NCBI GenBank assembly: GCA_964016885.1
Contig: OZ024743.1
Coordinates: 331,142,001-331,206,000, forward strand
Source: Eledone cirrhosa
Lineage: Eukaryota
DNA: 64,000 nucleotides
Direction of reading: 5' to 3'
The notes beneath the pieces were generated by a model. It did not search any database, had not been told where the DNA came from, and saw only the letters and a list, made by a program, of their open reading frames with translations. Below are positions 10,756-21,984 of the stretch, piece after piece. Positions within the stretch are counted from its first letter, which is position 1, and each line of letters starts with the position of its first letter. The translations under genes were made by a program, and so were the position numbers.

Positions 10756-13700
10756 CATCCATACAAATTTTCGAAGGTATCTTAGCTCTTATGACGCTAT
10801 TATATTAATATTATTGCTGTATTATATCGGTTATTTAAGTTTGTTAGCATTATTTCGGATATTTACCACGCGGTATTCTAATCTATCGGTTATTTAAGTC
10901 TGTTAGCCTTGACGGCGACCCTCAGTGCCCCCCCTCTCTATATCTCTCTCTATGATGGCTACCCTATCTCTATCTATCTCTAAGCCATTACCTCCCTTTT
11001 GCCCATTCCACCTCACTCATCTTGAAGCTATTGAAAAGATAAGATGCTTTATCCTTATCTGCTAAAATGAATCACTAGAGTTGATTTGGATTTCCAACCA
11101 CCCATCCATACAAATTTTCGAAGGTATCTTAGCTCTTATGACGCTATTATATTAATATTATTGCTGTATTATATCGGTTATTTAAGTTTGTTAGCATTAT
11201 TTCGGATATTTACCACGCAGTATTCTAATCTATTGGTTATTTAAGTCTGTTAGCCTTGACGGCGACCCTCAGTGCCTACCTCACAAGTTCCCTCCCACCC
11301 ACCCCCTCACACCACCATAGCCTATTCGACCAATCAAACCTCAGCATGCCATTTCTACTGCTGCTGCTACTGCTACTACTACTACTACTACTACCTAACT
11401 AACTCTCTCCTCCCCTGTCGCAGCCCAACACACCCTGCCATTATCCCACCACCACTGTCCTTCTAGCCCTCAATTTTCCCACCGTTATGGATGGATGAGC
11501 TGAGAATAAATTTGAGCAACTCTGAATCAATAGATGAAATATGAATCTGCGAGCTACCAAGCACCCATGTGAAGCGCCAACCCAGAGACCCTTCCCTACG
11601 AGTGTCGACAAATGCCCAAAACTCCGAGTTGGTACCATCAATGTAGGCTCAATGAAAGGAAGAGTAGGAGAAATCGAAGAAATGCTAGAGCAAAAGGAAA
11701 TTGATGTATGCTGTGTGCAAGAGACTAGATGGAGAGGAGAGTCTGCTAGAGTCCTTGTAGGAAAAAGTCGGTGCTACAAATTTTTCTGGGTGGGAAATGA
11801 CGATGGTGTAGGTATACTATTAGCTGACAAGTGGGTAGATAAAGTAATCTCAGTGTACAGGGTAAATGCAAGAATCATTAAACTCAGACTAGTCCTGAAT
11901 AAAACAATTACCACAATAATATCAGCTTACGCACCCCAATCGGGGCTGCCAGACGAACTTAAGGATAGGTTTTACGAGTCCCTAATGCACACTACTGCTC
12001 TAACAGACGATAATGACTTCCTAATCATCGCAGGAGATTTTAACGGACACATAGGTAAACACTGCGACGGCTTCAATAGAGTACATGGACGCCATGGGGT
12101 TGGCACAAGGAATGAGGAAGGATTCAGACTTCTAGAATTCTGCGATGCCAATGACATGTCGATATGTAACACAAACTTTAAAAAACCCGACAACCACCTG
12201 ATCACCTATAGATCAGGGGAGCACTCTAGTCAGACAGATTTTATCCTCATCAGAGGACGTGACAGATGGACGGTCGTAAACACAAAAGCTTTCCCTAGTG
12301 AGGAATGTACATCCCAACATAGCTTAGTTGTCAGCGACCTCACGGTCAGAACTAGACGAACCTGGAAACAGAGGCCAACCTGGAGAAGAAAGATCTGGAA
12401 GCTGAAAGTCCCCTCAACCAGTAACAGATTTAAAGATATTTTACTCAACGCCTACGACAGTAAAGAAGAACAGATAGTGACATTCCATGTAGAAGAGAAC
12501 TGGGAGTTCCTAAAAAATAATTTACTAGAGGTGACGGATGAGGTCTGTGGCTGGAGTAAGACCTCAAGCAGGAGGAGAATGACTTGGTGGTGGAACAATA
12601 AGGTAGATGAAGCAGTTAAGGCCAAGAGACAGGCATGGAAAGAATGGAAGAACGGGGGGAGCAGGGTACATTACATAGAGACCAAGAGGGAAGCTAGGCG
12701 ACAAGTATACTTAGCTAGGAGGGAAGCAGAGGTTAGAAAATTCAAGCATCTTTTGCAACGTGAGGACCAGAAACAAGAGGTATTCAAGATTGCGAGGCAG
12801 TGTGTCAGAGATAGTTGTGATGTCATTGGAGAGAAGTGTATCTGGAATGATAAAGGTGAGCTTGCCCTCACAAGTGCTGAGAAGAAAGATGCATGGAAGA
12901 GTCATTATGATAGATTACTAAATGAGGAGAATGCATGGGAAGAAGAGACCCTACCCCAAGTAGACCCTATAGAGGGGCCAGCAGTACAAGTCAGCAGCAG
13001 CGTAAGTAAGGCAATCAAAGATATGAAGATGGGGAAGGCAACCGGTCCATCGGGTATAGCTGCCGAGATGCTGAAGGCATCTGGGTCTGTAGGTCACACT
13101 ATAACCACATGTATTGTTAACCAGGTAACACTAGAAGGTGTCATACCAAAAGATTGGTGCAGTAGCATCATTGTCAACTGCTACAAAGGTAAAGGCGATG
13201 CACTAGATAGAGGAAACTATAGAGGTATAAAGTTGATGGACCAGGTCATGAAAGTAACAGAAATAGTTATAGCACAGTTGATTAGGGACTGGATGAAAAT
13301 AGACGAGATGCAATTTGGGTTTGTACCAGGAAGAGGCATCACTGATGCCCTCTTCCTTGTGAGGCAATTACAGGAAAAGTACCTAGCTAAAAGTAAGCCA
13401 CTCTACTTGGCATTTGTCGACCTTGAGAAAACCTTTGACAGAGTTCCACGTGCTGTAATCTGGTGGGCTCTTAGAAAACTAGGAGTAGATGAATGGCTTG
13501 TGAAAGCGGTACAAGCCATGTATAGGGGAGCAGTCAGCAAAGTTAGGATTAGCAATGAGTATAGCGAGGAATTTAGTGTACAGGTTGGAGTCCACCAGGG
13601 CTTTGTTCTTAGCCCCCTCCTGTTTATCATAGTCCTGCAGGCAATAACGGAGGAGTTTAAGACCGGATGCTCATGGGAACTCCTGTATGCTGATGACCTC

Positions 13701-14956
13701 GCACTCATAGCTGAATCTATGGTAGAACTAGAGAAGAAATTCCAAACTTGGAAGCAGGGACTAGAAAGAAAGGGTCTCAAAGTCAACATGACAAAGACTA
13801 AGGTCCTTGTAAGTAGACGAGAAAACAGAACCCAGATCCCCTCAGGGAAATGGCCTTGCTCAGTATGTAGGAAAGGTGTAGGTAGGAACTCGATTCTCTG
13901 CCCCAAATGCAAACAATGGGTACACAAGAGATGTAGCGGGATCTCAGGAAGCTTAATTAAGAATGTAGGCTTCACATGCAGCAGCTGTGCTGAGACAGCA
14001 AGCAGCAAACAGCCACAGGAAACAAGTACCACCAATCTCTGGGAGGGCTCTGTAGAAACAGTAGACAGCTTCTGCTACCTAGGTGACCGAATTAGCAGCG
14101 GAGGTGGGTGTTCAGAAAGTACAATAACTAGGGTAAGAACGGGATGGAAGAAGTTTAGGGAACTACTACCACTGCTAGCTGCAAAAGGCTTCTCCCTCAG
14201 AATAAAAGGCAGACTGTATGATGCGTGTATTCGAACAGCAATGTTGCATGGTAGTGAGACCTGGGCGCTGAAGGTGGAAGACTTACGTAGATTAGAGAGA
14301 AACGAAACCTGCATGCTCCGATGGATGTGTAACAGTAATATACGTGAACGACAAAGCATAAATGAATTGAGAGAGAGACTGAGCATAAGAGGAATCAAAT
14401 GTTGTGTGCAGGAGAGGCGGTTGCGCTGGTATGGACATGTGATGCGTATGAAGGATGACAGCTGCATAAAAAGGTGCAGAGCACTAGAAGTTGATGGAAA
14501 CCGCGGAGTGGGGAGACCCAAGATGACCTGGGATGAGGTGATAAAAGTCGACCTTACCCAATTACACCTCTCAAAGGCAATGACACACAACCGTGACTTC
14601 TGGGGTCACGCAGTAATACAGAGTACCCGACCTCCCATGGGTACAAGCTGAAGCATATAGACAATATGCCCCCACACCCTCCACCGCAAGGTGGTCGTGG
14701 AGGTGCCACGGCAAAAAAACACCCAGCCCACACTGTAAAGTGGACGTGTAGGCGCCACGAAAAAGCACCCAGCACTCACTGTAAATGAGGTTGGTGTTGG
14801 GAAGGGCATCCAGCTGTAGAAATCAAGCCAGATCAGTTCCTGTATGAGCAAGGCATGGTCAGCCGACCAGACACTGCCCACAACAGGACGACCCGTCTAA
14901 CCCATGCTAGCGTGGAAGAACGGACGTAAAACGGTTATGATGATGATGATGATGAT
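10756..14956 (+). mobile_element. Near full-length RTE-clade non-LTR retrotransposon (family A), antisense to the host gene
   Basis: Single long APE+RT ORF, ~300-bp 3'UTR and (GAT)n tail at about 14938-14956; 5' boundary inferred from the end of the (TA)n flank; no clear TSD. Confidence 0.9.
11541..14651 (+). CDS. RTE LINE ORF, 1036 aa: AP endonuclease + reverse transcriptase + C4HC3 PHD-like finger + RTE C-terminus
   Basis: APE motifs GTINV, VQETRW, SAYAPQ, GDFNGH, TDFIL; RT motifs NYRGIKL, QFGF, FVDLEK(T)FD, GVHQG(F)VLSP, YADD; CSVC..CPKC....H..C..CSSC; C-terminal RRLRWYGHV and GRPKMTW. Confidence 0.95.
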   Translation: MNLRATKHPCEAPTQRPFPTSVDKCPKLRVGTINVGSMKGRVGEIEEMLEQKEIDVCCVQETRWRGESARVLVGKSRCYKFFWVGNDDGVGILLADKWVDKVISVYRVNARIIKLRLVLNKTITTIISAYAPQSGLPDELKDRFYESLMHTTALTDDNDFLIIAGDFNGHIGKHCDGFNRVHGRHGVGTRNEEGFRLLEFCDANDMSICNTNFKKPDNHLITYRSGEHSSQTDFILIRGRDRWTVVNTKAFPSEECTSQHSLVVSDLTVRTRRTWKQRPTWRRKIWKLKVPSTSNRFKDILLNAYDSKEEQIVTFHVEENWEFLKNNLLEVTDEVCGWSKTSSRRRMTWWWNNKVDEAVKAKRQAWKEWKNGGSRVHYIETKREARRQVYLARREAEVRKFKHLLQREDQKQEVFKIARQCVRDSCDVIGEKCIWNDKGELALTSAEKKDAWKSHYDRLLNEENAWEEETLPQVDPIEGPAVQVSSSVSKAIKDMKMGKATGPSGIAAEMLKASGSVGHTITTCIVNQVTLEGVIPKDWCSSIIVNCYKGKGDALDRGNYRGIKLMDQVMKVTEIVIAQLIRDWMKIDEMQFGFVPGRGITDALFLVRQLQEKYLAKSKPLYLAFVDLEKTFDRVPRAVIWWALRKLGVDEWLVKAVQAMYRGAVSKVRISNEYSEEFSVQVGVHQGFVLSPLLFIIVLQAITEEFKTGCSWELLYADDLALIAESMVELEKKFQTWKQGLERKGLKVNMTKTKVLVSRRENRTQIPSGKWPCSVCRKGVGRNSILCPKCKQWVHKRCSGISGSLIKNVGFTCSSCAETASSKQPQETSTTNLWEGSVETVDSFCYLGDRISSGGGCSESTITRVRTGWKKFRELLPLLAAKGFSLRIKGRLYDACIRTAMLHGSETWALKVEDLRRLERNETCMLRWMCNSNIRERQSINELRERLSIRGIKCCVQERRLRWYGHVMRMKDDSCIKRCRALEVDGNRGVGRPKMTWDEVIKVDLTQLHLSKAMTHNRDFWGHAVIQSTRPPMGTS

Positions 14957-15129
14957 ATATATATATATGCTAGCGTGGAAGATAGACGTTAAACGAACAA
15001 TATATATGTACACACATAATGTAAAAACATTGATGTAATTCAATTCAAGAACTCAACGTGTATTTTCCACACACACACACACACACACATGCTTACGCAC
15101 GTGCACATGTATAACTCTTTTTACAAAAC

Positions 15130-17010
15130 GTTTTTTTTTTGGTTCCATTGCAGGTAGACGCGTGCCATCATCCACATTTCTAAAAAACAAACCATACACA
15201 AAACGCCAGCACCAACAGTTTTACAAGAGATGTCAACCTGAATGGACCTATTATTTTTATCTAAAGCCATTTTTTCCAATTCCAACCTGCCCGTCCCTTT
15301 AATCTATTTTATTTCTCATTCTTTCTTCTGATGAAGGACTAGCGTCCGAAACGTTAAGACCCTCTTCCTGCTATATCAAGCGTTAACCTAATATATACCT
15401 TCCATATACTGTACCGATTGTGTTGTAATTTCTGTTTACTTTTTACATATATATATATATATCAACGCTTGAGTGGATCTCTCAAAATTCGTTGGATTTT
15501 CTGATTGGACTTTCACCTCGAAACTGGATACCAACCCGGAGTACACCTGAACTTCCACCAGGATATCTTTCGTATCTTTGAAATTTTCTTTGCTTCTTGC
15601 ATTTAAATATTCCACGACTCTCTACCACTTTTCCTCTACTACATTCTTCTCACCCGTCTATTTTTCACTCCCACCCTAGTACTTTCAATATGCCCAATCT
15701 CAAATCTTTTCTCCGCCAGCTCCATTCTACTCTCAAGCTCTTCCTCCAACCTCTCCCCACCCCCCTTTATGCATCCAACCCTCCCTGCATCTCTCCAACC
15801 TCATCTTTACCAAAACACGATACAACAGTCACATCACATTTTTAAGTCGCGGTCTCCACGACCACCTCATTCCCCGCAGTTTCCACCTCAAGTTTCAGCC
15901 CACCTCTTACTCTGCTCCCACCACTGAGCCCATCCTTACCCGCTCCTCTCGCCAGCTCATGCGGGCGACCATTCAATCAACTCTTGACCAAATCCATTCT
16001 CTCGACCGAGATCTCCCCAAGGCCTACCTCCATCTCTCCTCCCCTTGCCACCCTTTCCTCACCCAATCCCTTATCCAATTCATCCTTTACCTCAATCGCC
16101 TCCTTTTCAATTTCCTCACTTCCGCTAAAAATCATAAACTCAACTCGCTCCACTCCGCTCCTGCCGTCACCACCCATACTCATATCACCTCCAACCCTAA
16201 CCCCTCTAACCCATTACCTACCACTATATCCGCACACGCTTTGCCCAACCACGTTGACCCCTCCGCTTCCACCTCTTTCCCTCCCTCACGTCCCTGCACT
16301 GTAGTCACCATACCCCAGGACCTACCACTCTCCGAAGCTGAGCGCTCCCTCCTCGCCCGTGGTTTGTGTTTTATACCAACCACATCTACCTGCGACGAGT
16401 TCCGTACACGTGCTGAGATTGAAGGGTTCTTCTGTCAATTAAAGCTGAAAGCTTTTTTTCACGGCACGCCATCATCAACACAGACGGATGACTTCACTCG
16501 TCTCAGTCGCCGGCAATCACATTGGACGCCGAGCTCTGGCCATTTCAGCACCCTCGACTCCTTTGTCGATACTTGCCGGCGTACTGTGAATCGGTTCCGT
16601 TCCACCAGCATTCTCATCGCTCTAACATCACGCGAACTGAGCTCTCTGCTCTTCGCAACCTTCGGCGTCGTGATGACATTGTCATCAAACCCGCTGACAA
16701 AGGCGGCGCTGTGGTGGTTTGGAGCGCTCACCTCTATACGGCTGAGGCTCTCCGACAGCTTCACAATAACCTTTTTTACCGCCCTTTATCCTCCGACTCC
16801 ACTCCTGGCTACCAACAACTCGTGTCCTCCACCATCCATGAGCTCATCTCCACCTCTCACCTACCCCCCACAGCCACCAACCTTATTGTACGCACCCCTC
16901 GCACACCCACCATCTATTTCCTCCCAAAAAAAAACAAAATAATCCTGGCCGTCCTATCGTTTCTTCGTGCAACTGCCCCACCTAGATAATTTCTGAATAT
17001 TTAGAAACCC
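15130..17010 (+). mobile_element. Penelope-like element (PLE) 5' fragment: pLTR-like region plus frameshifted N-terminal ORF, truncated at the start of RT
   Basis: Frames give LSEAERSLLARGLCFIPT, SNITRTELSALRNLRRRDDIVIKPADKGGAVVVW (PLE DKG motif), PTIYFLPK and (N)PGRPIVSSCNCPT; hammerhead motif upstream. Confidence 0.88.
15324..15359 (+). ncRNA. Minimal type I hammerhead ribozyme motif (PLE-associated)
   Basis: TCTT-CTGATGA-A-GGAC tagc GTCC-GAAAC-GT-T-AAGA: both core boxes, 4-bp stem II, palindromic ACGT stem III, 4-bp stem I TCTT/AAGA. Confidence 0.8.
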
Positions 17011-17049
17011 CCCCCCCTGACTCCTGCCAACACCACCTTTTCTCTATAA

Positions 17050-17353
17050 AGTTATGTTGGTACCACAACATCCAGTACAAAATAATGAGGTCGTGTAGGT
17101 GCCATGAAAAAAAAAACACAGTCCACGCTGTAATGTGGCCGTGTAGGTAACACGGTAAAAAGTTCCCAGTCCAAACTGTAAACCTGGTTGGTGTTAGAAA
17201 AGGCTGAATAGCCGTAGAAAACCTGACAGATAGTCTTATACGAGTGAGACATGGTCACCCGACCAATCTTGCCTCAAGTGGGACAACTCCCGTCTCACCC
17301 ATGCTAGCGTGGAAGATAGAAGCTAAACGATGATGATGATGATGATGATGATG

Positions 17354-17356
<3 letters not shown>
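17050..17356 (+). mobile_element. RTE 3'UTR fragment (family B) with (GAT)n tail
   Basis: Reverse complement of the 24709-25025 3'UTR; ends cccatgctagcgtggaag...gatgatgat. Confidence 0.85.
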
Positions 17357-17384
<28 letters not shown>

Positions 17385-17436
17385 CAGATATACACACATG
17401 CACACAGACAGATATATGCACATACATATATATACA

Positions 17437-17772
17437 CACATGGCTTAGTGGTTAGAGCATTGGCTTTGCAATCAAAAGGTTGTGAGTTCAATTCTCAGAC
17501 CGGGTGATGTGTTGTTTCCTTGAGCAAGACACTTTATTTCACATTGCTCCAGTTTACTCAGCTGTAGAAATGAGATGATAGGGACTGGGGTCCCTATCAT
17601 TCCACTGCAAAGTGGTCGTGCAGGTGCCACGGCAAAAGAGCACCCAGCACTCACTGTAAATGAAGTTGGTGTTAGGAAGGGCATCCAGCTGTAGAAATCA
17701 AGCCAGAATCAGTTCCTGTCCCACCCTTGCAAGCAGGGAAAAAGCGGACGTAAAATGAAATGATGAATGATG
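17437..17772 (+). mobile_element. SINE family S1
   Basis: tggcttagtggttagagc...gagttcaattctc head, RTE-like tail, one copy of the 50-bp module. Confidence 0.88.
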
Positions 17773-18104
17773 ACACACACACAAATCATACATACACATA
17801 TATACACACACAAATCATACATACACATATATACACACACACAAATCATACATACACACATATACACACACACACATCATACATATACACTGTAATGGAA
17901 ATGTAGTTCTAAATTTGGTAAACAACCTGAGAAACATTTTGGAGTTAATGAGATTTTGAGAGGGTGGGGCGGGGTATATTTTGATAGGGTGTGGCGTGGA
18001 GTGTTTGGAGGTGAAATATGGAATGGGGAGAAGTGGGATGGGAGAGAAGGGGGTAAGACAGAATGTGAAAGAGTGTAGGGCAGAATATGAGGGAAAGAGA
18101 GAGA

Positions 18105-18221
18105 TCGATAGATAGATAGATAGATATATATATATTTTTTTAAATATTTCTTTATTAGCCACAAGGGCGCACAAGAAAACGGAACAATACAAAGACATGC
18201 CGGGGATTTTACATGCAGTCG

Positions 18222-18262
<41 letters not shown>

Positions 18263-18560
18263 GATAGATAGGTAGATAAATAGATATGTTTCTTTATTAG
18301 CCACAGGGGCACAAAAGAAGGGGACAAATACAAAGGGGAAGTTTACATACAATAAAAACGTGTAAAATACTATCACAAATACAATTTAAAAGTTAATCGA
18401 TTTTCCCCAATAGGGGGAGACATTTCATATGGGTAACACATAACCCCGAAAAAAATGTGCAACCCCCTTCTCCAGGAGTACGAAGAGTTTGTACCCCTTT
18501 CCTCTCTAGATAGATAGATGATAGATAGATAGGGGAGAGTGAGATAGATAAATAGATAGA
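18105..18560 (-). mobile_element. Two short 3'-end-like fragments (minus strand ...TGGCTAATAAAGAAA) embedded in (GATA)n
   Basis: tttctttattagccaca at about 18147 and 18289, each beside (GATA)n; an L1/Tx1-type origin is inference only. Confidence 0.4.
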
Positions 18561-18736
18561 GGCAGTGAATGAGACAGAGAGAGAGAGACAAAGAGAGAAA
18601 AACAAAGAGAGAAAGAAAAGTAAGAGAAATGCAGGGGGGGGGGGGGAGAAAAAGAAAATTTGCGGAATTAATTATTAATGAAATGGTCTGTAAAATAGTG
18701 TTAATTAAACATGAATAAGCTGTCAGATATCATTTG

Positions 18737-20870
18737 AATAACAACAACCACAACAAGAGCAATAACAGAAACAACATCATCAACAGCAACATTAACAACA
18801 ACATCAACAACAACAACAGAAACAGCAATAACATCAACAGAAACAACATCAACAATTACAACAACAACAACAGAAACAACATCAACAATTACAACAACAA
18901 CAACAGAAACAACATCAACAATTACAACAACAACAACAGAAACAACATCAACAATTACAACAACAGCAACAGAAACAACAACAATTACAACAACAACAGA
19001 AACAACATCAACAATTACAACAACAACAACATCAACAATTACAACAACAACAACAGAAACAACATCAACAATTACAACAACAGAAACAACATCAACAATT
19101 ATTACAACAACAACAGAAACAACATCAACAATTACAACAACAACAATTATAACAACAACAGAAACAACATCAACAATTACAACAACAACAGAAACATCAA
19201 CAATTACAACAACAACAGAAACAACATCAACAATTATTACAACAACAACAGAAACAACATCAACAATTATTACAACAACAACAGAAACAACATCAACAAT
19301 TATTACAACAACAACAGAAACAACATCAACAATTATTACAACAACAACAGAAACAACATCAACAATTACAACAACAGAAACAACAGAAACAACAACAACA
19401 ACAACAACAACAGCAACATCAACAATTACAACAACCACCACCACAGCAACAATATCAACAACAGAGGCATGTTCATTGTTCAGTACCACTAGTAGTAGTA
19501 GTAGTTCCACCATCACCAGTAGTAGTAGTGGTAGTAGTAGCAGTACCACTACCACTAGTAGCAGTACCACCACCAGTAGTAGTAGTAGTAATACAACTAG
19601 TAGTAGTAATACCACTACCACTAGTAGTAGTAGTAATACCACAACCACTAGTATTAGTAGCAGTACCACTAGTAGTAGTAGTACCACCACCAGTAGTAGT
19701 AGTAGAACCACCAACACCAGTAGTAGTAGTAGTAATACGACTACCACTAGTAGTAGTAGCAGTACCACTAGCCGTGGTAGTAGTAGCAGTAGTATCACTA
19801 CCATTAGTAGTAGTACCACTAGTAGTAGTAGCAGTAGTACCACTACCACTAGTAGTAGTAGTACCACCACTAACCGTGGTAATAGTAGCATTAGTACCAC
19901 TACCACTAGTAGTAGTAGCAGTAGTACCACTACCACTAGTAGTAGTAGCAGTAGTACCACTACCACTAGTAGTAGTAGCAGTAGTACCACTACCACTAGT
20001 AGTAGTAGTAGTAGTACCACTACCACTAGTAGTAGTAGTAGTAGTACCACTACCACAAATAGTAATATTAGTATCATCGATTTTATTACCATAATCATCA
20101 TCATCATCAAGATCATCATAACCACCATCACCATCACCATCACAACGATTATCACCATCACAACCACTACCAACATCACAACCCCTATCACCATCACAAC
20201 CCCTATCACCATCACCATCACAACCACTATCACCATCACAACCACCATCACCATCACCATCACAACCACTATCACCATCACAACCCCTATCACCATCACA
20301 ACCACTATCACCATCACAACCACTACCAACATCACAACCCCTATCACCATCACCATCACAACCACTATCACCATCACAACCACTATCACCATCACAACCA
20401 CCATCACCATCACAACCACAACCAACATCACAACCCCTATCACTATCACCATCACAACCACTACCAACATCACAACCACTATCACCATCACAACCACCAT
20501 CACCATCACAACCACTATCACCATCACAACCAATATCATCATCACAACTACTATCACCATCACAACCACTATCACTATGACAACCACCATCACCATCACT
20601 ATCACCATCACAACCACCATCACCATCACAACCACCATCACAACCACTATCACCATCACAACCACTATCACCATCACAACCACCATGACAACCACTATCA
20701 CCATGACAACCATTATCACCATCACAACCACAACCAGCATCACAACCACTATCACCATCACAACCACTATCACTATCACAACCACTATCACCATGACAAC
20801 CACTATCACCATGACAACCACTATCACCATCACAAACACTATTATCATCATCATCATCAACATTATTTTT
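18737..20870. repeat. Compound microsatellite: (AAC)n, then (AGT/ACC)n, then (ACC/ATC)n
   Basis: Three abutting low-complexity domains with local 18-30 bp periodicity; source of the Asn, Ser/Thr and Val ORFs. Confidence 0.95.
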
Positions 20871-20919
20871 ATCATTTCTCTGATATCTCAGTCATTGATG
20901 TTATTTAACCGTAAAATGT

Positions 20920-21372
20920 GCCCCAATAAACACCAAACTACAGCCTTGGATATTCAGGACCTATTGGAGGGTCCTTGCTCTTCCCAGTAGGCATAACTTC
21001 TGGAGAGTTAAAAAAAGGGGGGTTGGGTTAAAGTTTTTTAACCAGCCTTGGAAGCTCCTCGAGATAATACCTAATGCTCTTATGACAGTCCTAAACCCTT
21101 TTCAGTTCCCACTTTAGATCCTGGTACAGATTTATTTTCTGCTTCTATTTTCTTGCACTCTTGTGTCAAAAGGGCAGGCTATATTTATAATCAAGCAAGA
21201 TCTTTTTTCCTAGTTAAAAACCAGCAGGTCAGGCCTATTGTGTTTTAATTCTTTGTCCGTTTCTATCCTGAAATCCCACAGCACCTTCACCTCATCATTT
21301 TCTACCACCGATTCTGGCTTGTGGTCAAACCATTTCTCAGAATGACGTAATTTGTTCAGTTTGCATAAATGC
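20920..21372 (-). mobile_element. R4/Dong-like non-LTR fragment (restriction-like endonuclease domain and C-terminus)
   Basis: KWFDHKPESVVENDEVKVLWDFRIETDKELKHNRPDLLV (WDF..TD..HNRPD RLE motif) and downstream LQKLCLLGRARTL, with stops and frameshifts. Confidence 0.75.
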
Positions 21373-21387
21373 AACATTATTATTATT

Positions 21388-21575
21388 GGGCAGTGGATTG
21401 GCAGTATTGGTAGAGGGTGGGACCCCATGGTTTGCTGCATAGAGTTATGGCCCTTTATGATCTGAGTTCAAATCCCGCCGAGGTTAACTTTGCCTTTCAT
21501 CCTTACAGGGTCGATAAAATAAAGTACCAGTAATGCACTGAGTAATTGCTGGCCTTGTGCCAAAAGTAGAAACAA
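21388..21575 (+). mobile_element. SINE with central gcctttcatccttacagggtcgataaaataaagtaccag domain (family S2)
   Basis: B-box gagttcaaatcc; same sequence as 47399-47586 and 57501-57678; (ATT)n on both sides. The central block resembles conserved metazoan SINE central domains; superfamily not verified. Confidence 0.8.
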
Positions 21576-21984
21576 TTATTATTATTATTATATGTTATGT
21601 TAGAAATAGCCAAGGAACACTTATTATAACAAAAGACTACACTTGTGTGGAGATATTCTACAATAGTTGGCCATTGTTTATAAGTGTCTGACAAGAACAA
21701 CAATAGCTACAACAACAACAGCAATGACAACAGCAGCAGCAGCAGCAACAACAGGAATGTATGCCAAAATAAATATGAGGATGAAATGAAATTAAGATAT
21801 TTTATATATATCATCAGCATCATCATTTATATACTTGTATTGTTAATTCTTTGTTTTTAATTACAGTGAGGGTGTTTGGCATTAACTATAATGGAAATAT
21901 ATTCAGATAATTGCTACACAGTTAAGCTATCTATGAATGTAGATTTTATATGTGGCTGATGCTCAGGTGCAGTAAGTAGCAAGG

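Noticed and set aside
17437-17500. tRNA gene (A and B boxes; also at 10430, 30505, 37620 and 50004)
   Set aside because: No complete cloverleaf; each continues into SINE body and tail.
18701-20990. Asn-rich, mucin-like Ser/Thr and Val-rich ORFs
   Set aside because: Compound microsatellite artefacts.
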